Positions 10,319 to 19,639 of a DNA stretch of 32,932 bases are shown here, piece after piece. Numbering within the stretch: position 1 is the first letter of the stretch; every line of letters begins with the position of its first letter. This stretch comes from Octopus bimaculoides. Its lineage: Eukaryota. The translations under genes were made by a program, and so were the position numbers. The stretch spans positions 118,706,335 to 118,739,266 of the forward strand of contig NC_068981.1 of NCBI RefSeq assembly GCF_001194135.2. The letters are read 5' to 3'. The notes beneath the pieces were generated by a model, which had not been told where the DNA came from, searched no databases, and saw only the letters and a list, made by a program, of their open reading frames with translations.

Positions 10319-12422
10319 TGTGTGTGCGTGTGTTTGTTGCGTGTTTGTGTGTGCGTGTGTATGTGTGTGTGCGCGCGCGTGTTTGTGTGTATACTCACGT
10401 GCACATGAGTCGAAATATCACGTCATGATTCTTTGCAGCTTCGTGCCTCGTTTACTTATCAAATGTACTGAAGCATCATTAAGTCGTGATTTACGAAACA
10501 TGGACATAGATTTATCAACAAGGAAATTGTTAGGAAAGCCAACTGCACTTATCAATCAATATGTTTTAGCTTCGTTACCTGTCACCCACTCATGCACACG
10601 ATATTGTTCTTTGTGTTCATGGCATATTAAATACCACCAATTAGAAATAACTGACTATTGTTGTAGTCGTCGGTGGCGGCAGCGCTAGTTCACTGAAATA
10701 CATGAGAGTTTTAAAAGTTCGCAGTGCTGAGTTTGGACTGTAGACTAAATTGGTCGCCCAGTTTAATACTCCTACCCGGTTCTTGGTTCGTGGGTTTAAC
10801 CTGTTACCCAGTTTAGCATCTCCAGCTGGTTGGCGGGCAAGGATCTATAGGCAGAGTCCACTATGTTGCACGTATTCTACAGTTTGTGCATACACTCTAC
10901 GAATCCTGGAGGCACTGTAAAATGTCATGGGTGTTGACTTCTGATACAAAAAAAAAGGCTTCGATTGTGGGAATAGTATGGGGAAAAGTTTCCTTCCGAG
11001 TTAATTTGGTCCAAAGTACTCCGAGAGGAGTTCATACGTAGTTGCTCGAGTTGCTACAAATTAGCAGTTAAATACCATTTCAATTTTACCTTAATATCTC
11101 AGAAAAGGAAGGGCAAATTAAGTAAGAGAGACGACTGCTAAAACAAAGCAGTACCAGTATATTGAATCATCGAAGGTGCCTCTGAGTCACTTTTGACCAG
11201 CTTCTAAAGCAGCCAGATCTCGCTCAAATCACATCATACTGTCTTAGAAGAAATACGCATTGAATAATATAGACGGTGTTTGAAACACGACGGGGAATGG
11301 TCACAACTGCAATGCCATTCATCGTAAACTTAACTGACCATGTCTATCCTGGTCATGCAACAGCATCAACAACAAGCTTGCACATTTAGTTCTCAGTTAA
11401 GTCCAGTTTAGTTTACATACTCTAATAATAGGAAGACATGAAACGTCACAACTCCATAAAATAATGAGTCTTTGCCCGAGATAAAAATGAACATTTGAGT
11501 AAATGAATAAAGAGAATGTGGGGGAATACAAACTCTCAACTTTTCTGTTAACAGACCTATGCTCTACCAGTTCAAATCACATGCTCATTAGTAAACGAGG
11601 GAGCCTTTCCTTGATCGCTCAACTTACAAGAAATAGCAACCAAATCTTCCGTAAATCATAACTACTCTTTTCTAGATTGAAAAAAGGATAACGCAGATCT
11701 AGATACATTGTGCTAAAGTATGGCAGGACGCTCGCGGTTGGAACGCCTTTGATTATAAATCAACTAAATGAGAACTGACTTGGAATTAAACAATAACAAC
11801 AATACGGTAGCACTGAAGCGCCACGAGCATTTTTCTTTTTCATCACATTTTTTTTTTATTTTTAGGAAGTTGAATTAACAAAATATTTTCAGCTTCCAGA
11901 TGAAGTTATTTCCGGCCATAAGCATAACTTTTTAACACCCTTCAGGAAATCATGAACGTTTCATAATCACAAATCGTACTTCGTTTCCTCTAAATCTACC
12001 GTCTTGTCTATATCAAAACTTCAGCAAGAGTGTACCAGATGTTCCTGTAACACATGTTGAACCAATACGATATACTCAATGCGTTTACTTCCTCTGTAAA
12101 AAAATCAATTTCTGACTTTTTATTGCACTTTCACATATGGAGGCGATCAACTCGGGTAAATATGTTTCGGCAGGTTTTTTATGTATTTACATTTATTATA
12201 TGCACTAGCAGAAGCCACTCGATAATATTTCCACATTTGATTCCCAATTCTAATAATTTTATGATATTTTATGTCTAATTATTTCTTTGTATAATAGTGC
12301 TCACTTGCTTAGTAAATATTGCTTCTGTTATTTTATCACAGTCATAATCTCTCTTTTTTAAAGAGTTAATCTGTTATATATATATTTATCATTAATAATT
12401 TTCAGACCTTGCATAGCTGTGC

Positions 12423-12605
<183 letters not shown>

Positions 12606-12629
12606 CACATACACACACAGACATATAAA

Positions 12630-13110
12630 AGTTTGGTCCTGTGAGAACCCATGGGAATGGCGTTTATTTACGTTTTCAAATATACCCAATGATATCATTC
12701 ATTCGGCATGTGTTGAAATATGAAATATGCCAAAACAATTTAATTCCACAGAAATATATGTTAGTTTACATATAATTTATGTGTTAATTCTATTCACTGA
12801 CACTTGCTAAGAATTTTGTATTCACCTCAGGTTTGTTCAACAGAAATGTTACCATTTCCTACATCAAGAAGGTAATTAGCAAACTTTCTTTCATCAGAAT
12901 GAACTTCTGTAAGAAGTCTTAGATTGGCTGTCAACTCCACTACTTGCACATGATCGCAAAGAAAAGATCTTTTTACTGTTGCATCAATAATTTGTGATCT
13001 GACACTATTATTTTGAAGTAGAATATTCTCCTCTCGAGATACTCTAACCAGTCGGTCATATGTAGCGGAAACAGAATCATGTCTACGTTTCCATGTATAC
13101 TCAGACATCT
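12630..13110 (-). mobile_element. Helitron PIF1-like helicase fragment (decayed)
   Basis: ORF 12827-13108 contains IIDATVKRSFLCDHVQVVELTANLRL...DERKFANYLLDVGNG, matching the Helitron RepHel pattern ASLKxSxLWxxFxxxxLxxNMR...FAxWLLxIGxG. Confidence 0.8.
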
Positions 13111-13861
13111 GTTTCAGTCGCTTTGCCCTGGTTTCATCTGATTCAGTTGCCCGTCTTTCTTTCTGCCGTTGTGCCTTTGCTACTAAATTTTCTTTTTCGG
13201 TCGCATATTATATATATATATGAAAGCTCGTCAAAAACTATCTTGTTTAGCGTGCTAGAAATAGCATCGATCACATAGTTACTATTGTAAGACTTACAGC
13301 GTTCCAAGTAGCCATACCAATAAAATCACTTCTTCATTTAAAAAAAAAAAATACTGTTATATTAAAGAATTTGCATTTTATCAAAAATATTCATTTCACA
13401 AACTCCGGTAACTGATATTCTTGAAACTATGCTTAGCATCAAAGTTATATAGCTATTATTAAATTATCATTAATGAAAATAGAGGCGAGCGAGAATGGGA
13501 GACAGTGGCAAATAAAAACGTAAAATGTTACCCGCAACGAGTTAATAGTGTTGATTATTAAACATTAAAATCTACTCCGCAGTAAATGCAATGAATATTT
13601 AAATTTTAGAAGAATTGGACGCAGCGAATGCAATCGAAATTATAGGAAATTTCTTAGGACATGAATTTTAAAAATTATTGCCAGACGGTCAAGCATTTAA
13701 TATTGCTTTCTTTTAGTACTTTTAGTTATTGTTACATACCTAATTAATAAGCAGCTTTCTCCATTATAGTATAAATACTATCACATGTATGTATATATGT
13801 ATTTATGTATATATGTATGTATGTATGTATGAATGTTTGTATGTAGATATGTATGTACGTA

Positions 13862-14558
13862 TGTCATTATTCAGTTTTATTTCAAGATTTCTTGCCAATA
13901 GAGAAAGAGCCGGTTTCTAACCTGGATCCAAGGCTCCATCACTGGAATTTCAACATCAACAACAGGATAATTTTGTTTGTATGTATGTATGTATGTATAT
14001 ATGTATGTATGCTCATGCATATTTGTATGTTTTGTTTTATGTATATCTTCTCATGCATATAGTTGCATATCTAGACAAGTCCATACATATATAAATGATA
14101 AACATCTGGAAAGTTTCACAGATTTTTATAGTTCCAGCGACGGTCTGGATCTGCAGTCTTCGAATCTTTCTCCTTTCTGGTTTTGAGAAACCTAATTTCT
14201 CAAGATTGATATTTAGGCAATGTGTTACATATTCCAGTGACCCCAATAATTACAGATATAAACCTGAACTTGTAGTCTGGATAAAGTAACTATAGATTTC
14301 TCAATAATGCAGCGTAGGTATTCTCCTTTTCACTGATATTCAGCTTTATGTTAACAAACAACTGGGCAGCTGATTTCCTCGACTGTGCAGTCTTTCTTCT
14401 CTATCCCAAATCATTATATCAGGTCTATTGTGTTCATATTTTATTGAGGTTTTCACTGGGGCATTCCAGCAATACTCCTTATTATAAGTGGCTATGGCTT
14501 CCACCATACTGTTGGTTTTTATTTCTTTGTCTTCTGCATTATCATTTCGACGGATCTC
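13862..14558 (-). mobile_element. 5'-truncated RLE-type (R4/Dong-like) LINE 3' end, copy 1, flanked by (CATA)n
   Basis: Reads YCWNAPVKTSIKYEHNRPDIMIWDREE...KENTY...PDYKFRF..IIG..YVTHCL, the restriction-like endonuclease PD..E..K motif. It has frameshifts and a 3' UTR ending in ATAC repeats. Confidence 0.85.
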
Positions 14559-14642
14559 GTATGTGTGTATGTATGTATGTATGTATGTATGTATGTATGT
14601 ATGTATGTGTGTATGTATGTATGTATGTATGTATGTATGTAT

Positions 14643-15053
14643 GCTCATGCATATAGTTACATATCTAGACATGCTCATATATATATTTAAATGATAATTT
14701 CTGGAAAGTTTTACAGATTTTTACAGTTCCAGTGATGGATTGGATCTGTAGTTTTCGAATTAGCTTTCTCTTTTCTGGTTTTGAGAAGCCTAATTACTCA
14801 AGATTGGTATTTAAGCAGTGTGTTACATATCCCAGGGCCCCAATAATTATAGGTATAAACCTGAACTTGTAATCTGGATAGAGTAACTGTAGATTTCTCA
14901 ATAGTTTAGCATAGGTGTTCTCTTTTTCACTGATCTTCAGCTTTATGTTAACATCCGCTGGGCAATTAATTTCCACAACTGTGCACAGTCTCTCTTCTCT
15001 ATCTCAAATCATTATATCAGGTCTCTTGTGCTAACATTTTATTGAGGTCTTCA
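14643..15053 (-). mobile_element. RLE-type LINE 3' end, copy 2 of the same family, in tandem
   Basis: Reads RPDIMIxDREERLCTVVEINCPADVNIKLKISEKENTYAKLLRNLQLLYPDYKFRFIPIIIGALG. It is colinear with copy 1 and separated from it by (TATG)n at 14560-14642. Confidence 0.85.
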
Positions 15054-15105
<52 letters not shown>

Positions 15106-15211
15106 TCTTTTAAATAAAAAACAAATGAAAGACTGAAGATGGAATATACGAGAATATTCCATATACGAGAATATATTATTAATATATATGTTTCGACACA
15201 TCTAGCATCGA

Positions 15212-15559
15212 CTCCTTTTATTCTTTTATTTGTTTCAGTCATTTTGACTGCGACCATGCTGGAGCACCAGCTTTAGTCGAACAAATTGACGCCAGGACTT
15301 ATTCTTTTAAACCCTAGTATTTATTCTACCGTTCACTTTTGCCGAACCATATACATACCAGCATCCGTTGTCAAGCGATGTTGGGGGGAACAAACACAGA
15401 CACACACGACGAAATTCTTTCAGTTTCCATCTACTAAATCTACTCACAAGGTTGTGGTCGGCCTGAATCTATAATAAAAGACACTTGCTCAAGGTTCCAC
15501 ATAGTGGGACTGTACCCGGAACTATGTGGCTGGGAAGCAAGCTTCTAAACCGCTCCTGC
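15212..15559 (-). mobile_element. SINE family A, near full length
   Basis: Colinear with 746-1170, with head, CORE-like segment and tail. Confidence 0.82.
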
Positions 15560-15564
15560 TCTGA

Positions 15565-15599
<35 letters not shown>

Positions 15600-15612
15600 T
15601 ATATATATATAC

Positions 15613-15643
<31 letters not shown>

Positions 15644-15770
15644 CATGCATATGGGCACACACTTACACGCGCGCGCGCACACGCACGCGCACACACACCA
15701 CATACATGCATATGACTGATATATTACTCAATACTTTTAGGTAGTGTATATCTTTATTATTATTATTATT

Positions 15771-15991
15771 ATTATTATTCAGGTCACTGCCTGGAATCAA
15801 ACTCGGAATCTCGGGGTTAGTAGCCCGCACTTTTAACCACTGCGCCATATACCCGTAGGCAATTATGGTTGAAGTTTATTATTATTATTCACTCCATAAT
15901 TGCCCACAGGCATATGGTGTAGTGGTTAGGAGCGCGGGCTACTAACCCTAAGGCTCCTAGTTCGATTTCAGGCAGTGACCTGAATAATAAT
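15771..15991. repeat. Imperfect palindrome of two divergently oriented tRNA-derived heads
   Basis: Arms 15771-15873 and 15888-15991 differ by 16 substitutions and 1 indel over 104 positions (hand count). Each arm has A-box (TGGCGCAGTGG / TGGTGTAGTGG) and B-box-like (GTTTGATTC / GTTCGATTTC) motifs. Confidence 0.9.
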
Positions 15992-16034
15992 TATTATTAT
16001 TATTGTTACTATTATTATTAACAACGACAACAAC

Positions 16035-16208
16035 ATCGAAAAATACCTTAGGAATGAGAACCCAGGTTCGAAATTTCCCCAAGACACCTGATGAAGGCTG
16101 GAGGGTATATCAGCCGAAACGTTGTGTTAACAACAAACAAGATGAAGACAAATATCCGTCAATTATAAATAATGTACATAATTCTTCATCTCTTAAATAT
16201 AGAACTGT
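16035..16208 (+). mobile_element. Penelope-like terminal-repeat-type segment carrying a hammerhead
   Basis: It contains the minimal hammerhead below. Minimal type I hammerheads are an established feature of PLE pseudo-LTRs. The boundaries are approximate. Confidence 0.6.
16083..16128 (+). ncRNA. Minimal type I hammerhead ribozyme
   Basis: (G)ACAC-CTGATGA-A-GGCTG-gagggtatat-CAGCC-GAAA-C-GT-T-GTGT(T). The core is intact, stem II is 5 bp, stem I is ACAC/GTGT, and a palindromic AACGTT replaces the stem III loop. Predicted cleavage is after GUU at 16123. Confidence 0.85.
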
Positions 16209-16210
16209 AT

Positions 16211-16550
16211 ATCTTTTCCCTTTTATCTTTTACTTGTTTCAGTCATTTGATTGCGGCCATGCTGGGGCACTGTCTTGAAGGGTTTTAGTCGAACAAATCG
16301 ACTCTTGGACTTTTTTCCAAAGCCTAGTTCTATCGCCCTCTTTTACGGGGACGTAAACTTACTATCATCGGTTGTCAAGCGATGGTGGGGTGGGGGGCCA
16401 AGCACAGACGCACAAATATATATATATATATACGACGTGCTTCTCTCAGTTTCCATCTACCAAATCCTCTAACAAGTCTTTGGTCAGCCCAAGGCTATAG
16501 TAGAAGACACTTGTCCAAGGTGCCACGCCGTGGAACCGAACCTGGAACCA
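16211..16550 (-). mobile_element. SINE family A, head truncated
   Basis: Colinear with 746-1170 from the tail to the B-box region. Confidence 0.82.
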
Positions 16551-16635
16551 TCAAAAACAATCAATTCAAATAAACGGACAACAAGAGGACGTGCACAAGA
16601 AATTAATTAGCTTAACGCTTGGTGAAAACAGAGAG

Positions 16636-16668
16636 TTTGACCTTTCGTGCAAAGCTCTTCGTCGGAAA
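16636..16668 (-). ncRNA. Degenerate minimal hammerhead (second family)
   Basis: Minus strand reads TTT-CCGACGA-A-GAGC-TTT-GCAC-GAAA-G-GTC-AAA. This is a hammerhead layout with U4->C, one stem II mismatch and a stem III mismatch. Confidence 0.6.
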
Positions 16669-16742
16669 GGAGAGGGGGAAAAGTCCAAACAAAGAAAAGA
16701 AATCGCCAACAGCACGTGTGTAATTACATTGTTGTAATATAT

Positions 16743-16795
<53 letters not shown>
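16743..16795. repeat. (CA)n microsatellite
   Basis: Directly visible. Confidence 0.97.
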
Positions 16796-16801
<6 letters not shown>

Positions 16802-16829
16802 CATACATAAATAAAACAGGAAATTTTGG

Positions 16830-17035
16830 TTTCTAAGTGGTTTCAATGCCATGGTTCAGAAGTAGAATTCCTTCTTTTATTGATTATGGCGTTTTTGCAG
16901 GGCAAATCGTTAAATATAGTGCTACTAGTAATAATGCTAATAAATTTTGGGAAAAAATAAATAAGCTATTAAGACATTTAGTAAAACAAGGTTATGAACA
17001 TGGTAAGTTGGTTAAAACTTTTAATTGCTGTTAAG
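16830..17035 (+). pseudogene. Penelope-like RT C-terminal (thumb) fragment
   Basis: PWFRSRIPSFIDYGVFAGQIVKYSATSNNANKF..INKLLRHLVKQGY matches the PLE pattern FPxxxSNIP...YGVxxSQLIRYAR.CS...F...L...L..QGY. Confidence 0.7.
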
Positions 17036-17499
17036 GTGGGAAACTTGAAATTTTAAATAAATATGGGGCAATATCTAATTTTTAGCTGAACAAATATTTG
17101 TAAGGATTTGAGGTTTACGATTCGAGTTATTTGCTTACTATGTCACCGGTATTGAGACAATTGAGAAAGTGGTAATTACGCAATACGTCATCAATATTCA
17201 GTTGCTCTTTAAATTCTTGGTGAGAGAGCCACATGTCTGCTTAAACATGTGTTAATACTTATAGTTTTAATACTTGTAGTCTTATTGTTTTTTTAAACAG
17301 TTTAATTAGCTTTAAACCTAGCAAGGTTTATAATATCAATTTATTATAAGTACTTATATTAGTTCCTATTTAATGAAATTTAAGTGTATATTAGTCACTG
17401 TTAATTTAATATTATGACTTATAGTGGTGATATATTAATGAGCATGTAGTGTTTTATTATTAACTTTTGAATGATGAAATAATATATGTTACTCATAAA

Positions 17500-18084
17500 A
17501 ATATTAGTTAAATTAACTTCAATCCTGTTTTATTTTGGAAAAAAATTATAAGGTTTGAACTTTCATTAGAGTAATATCTATGGAAGACAGGTGGGAGTGT
17601 TATTTATATGAACTTGAAGATAGACCGTAATTTAGCATATAATTTAGTTATTGCAGTTTATTATTAATACTGATACAATGTACATTGGTTTAAATGTCTC
17701 TTGTTGTAGTTTTGGTAAGGTTAGTGTTTAATCCTGCTTATATATTGATTGATTGAAATTATGTGGTTGTTAAGCTTTACTTTTACATTACACTACGGGA
17801 GACGGTAGGGATTATAAATTTTTATGACTCAATAGAGTTGTCACTGTTTAGTTACGTATTTAAGAAGGGTTGTAATTTACTTATGGAATATATTTATCGA
17901 TACGGTTGTACATTGGGTAAATGTGTTTGAAAGTTGTGATTTCTTTGGTTTGTTTGTTTGTTCCCAAACACAGCCGGATTGAATGGTACTTCCCAACCAT
18001 AGTGATATCCGTGGGGCAGCTGATGATGGAGGCCCATTGGATTGTTGGTATGGCTGTGGAATAGTATTATAACACATCCTTTTG
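17500..18084 (-). pseudogene. Decayed Penelope-like RT core fragment
   Basis: Frameshifted minus-strand motifs occur in the correct order: CYNT..QPYQQ / PMG (motif B), YPMYNR-ID-IF (cf. RYIDDIF, motif C), LQPFLNT.LNS...KF...SV, KLTTT. There are many stops and indels. Confidence 0.5.
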
Positions 18085-18159
18085 NNNNNNNNNNNNNNNN
18101 NNNNNNNNNNNNNNATATATATATATATACTAGCTTAAAGGCCGCCCTATCAGGAAGAT

Positions 18160-18262
18160 CTGCAAACAGATCTCTGACTTGTTTTGGAGAACTTGTTGCA
18201 ATTGCTTCCTCCAGAGTCATATCCCAATGATGATCATATTCGTTGCAAAAATTCATGTAAAA
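18160..18262 (-). mobile_element. Short Helitron RepHel fragment
   Basis: DHHWDMTLEEAIATSSPKQVRDLFA matches the Helitron segment WxxTLxEAxxxxSPxQLRxLFA. Confidence 0.7.
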
Positions 18263-18415
18263 AAATCGACGAAAACATATATATAAACTTAGATATGTTT
18301 CGACCAAAGATTGGTCCAGGCCATGTCTAACCTAATAGCACCACCAGATAGGATTATCTAAATCCTTTTTACAGTCAAGTTTCGTTTATGGTCCATTCAA
18401 GTAGTGAGTTCTTTA

Positions 18416-18480
18416 TGTATGTATGTATGTATGTATGTATGTATGTATGTATGTATGTGTGTGTGTATGTATGTATGTAT
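18416..18480. repeat. (TATG)n microsatellite
   Basis: Directly visible. Confidence 0.95.
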
Positions 18481-18486
18481 TGTGTG

Positions 18487-18686
18487 AGTGTGCCTTCCTC
18501 TACCGTCTGACAACTGATGTTGGCTCTTTTATGGACCCTTAATCTACCGGTCCGGCAAAAGAGACCAATATAAGTACTAGGCCTCAAACCAAGCCTGAAG
18601 TTGATTTGTTTGACTACACCATTGAAGGTGGTAACCTCTAACTCCATCAGTGTTGCAGTCGAATGACTGAAACAAGTAAAAGATAC
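18487..18686 (+). mobile_element. SINE family A 3' half
   Basis: ctgacaactgatgttgg...ggcaaaagagacc...gaatgactgaaacaagtaaaag is the reverse complement of the family A 3' half. Confidence 0.75.
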
Positions 18687-19639
18687 AGGTACTCTAAACA
18701 TGACACCTAAAGCATCACCTGCTTCCAAGATAACAACAGCAACAACAAAAGTGTAAGAGGTAGGGGTATGTGTGCTTTAAAACTACAGAAGAAATAAAAT
18801 TTTCACTGGCAAATAGATCTTGCACAAAGCAAACACAAACAGTGTCCGTCAAAATTCAAACAGCAACAAGTCTATTTCTTTTATTTTCCGTTGTCATCAT
18901 CAAGGAATAATCAATACGTCACAGTTAGCGGAATAAACGATGATGTTGTACAAATGTGTAACCAAATCATAAGCTTGATTTTACCTATGATTCTTATCCA
19001 AGAGCAGTTAGGAGGGAAATAGCCCACTTCGTCGCTAACGAAGGAGTGGGGTTTAAATTAAGCCTCAAAGAATTATGGAAGAAGGCAGCATGATATACAG
19101 AAGCATTTGCTTGATCTTTAAGCTCGAAGTCGAGGCGTGATGTCAAGCAAGGATAGCACGCTTATGAGTTGAGGTTAAGCACAACTCATAGGTTTGTATC
19201 GCAGTACAAAACAAGAGTTTTATTCAAAGGCATTAGCAACAACTTTGGTCCCCGGTTCGTTGTCACCCTTTTTGCGCAACGAGTGGGGTGTCAAGGTAGT
19301 CGTGGAGGTTATTAGAAACAATTTAAGACATAAGCAAAAAGATGGCGTATAAGCGAATTATCTCTCACAATATAAGTCAGTAATATCCAGAGAACAATGG
19401 GTGATTTTCATTATAGCCAACACGGAAACTACTTATGGGTGCATTTGGGTGCACTCGATTTCAATACAAGACTGATAGGTGTTATGCTCAGATCCAAATT
19501 TGCTACTGGTCTCACCCATGTATATGTAGATCATCTAAATTGTATTTTCTTTGTTTAAAGCTTATCGTTTTAATTATTGTGCTCACACACACACACACAC
19601 ACACACCGATTTATAAAAGAATATTTGATCGTTAAGTAA

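Noticed and set aside
10467-10505. Hammerhead-like CTGAAGC...CGAAACATG
   Set aside because: The core is broken and stem II is unconvincing.
15910-15982. Functional tRNA gene (loop CT-ACT-AA)
   Set aside because: It has no proper acceptor stem, is duplicated as an inverted pair and runs into a microsatellite. It is a tRNA-derived repeat head.
17200-17900. Mitochondrial insertion (NUMT), suggested by AT richness and GT skew
   Set aside because: I could not recognise any mitochondrial protein or rRNA motif. Ordered PLE RT motifs on the - strand explain it better. BLASTN against mollusc mtDNA would settle it.
18018-18060. CTGATGA heptamer
   Set aside because: No stem II-GAAA follows. It lies in the antisense of the PLE RT relic.
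18020-18084. VIILFHSHTNNPMGL as a continuation of the Helitron fragment across the gap
   Set aside because: The same bases give PLE motifs (YQQ, PMG) followed at the right distance by an RYIDDIF-like motif. The Helitron reading rests on one weak match.
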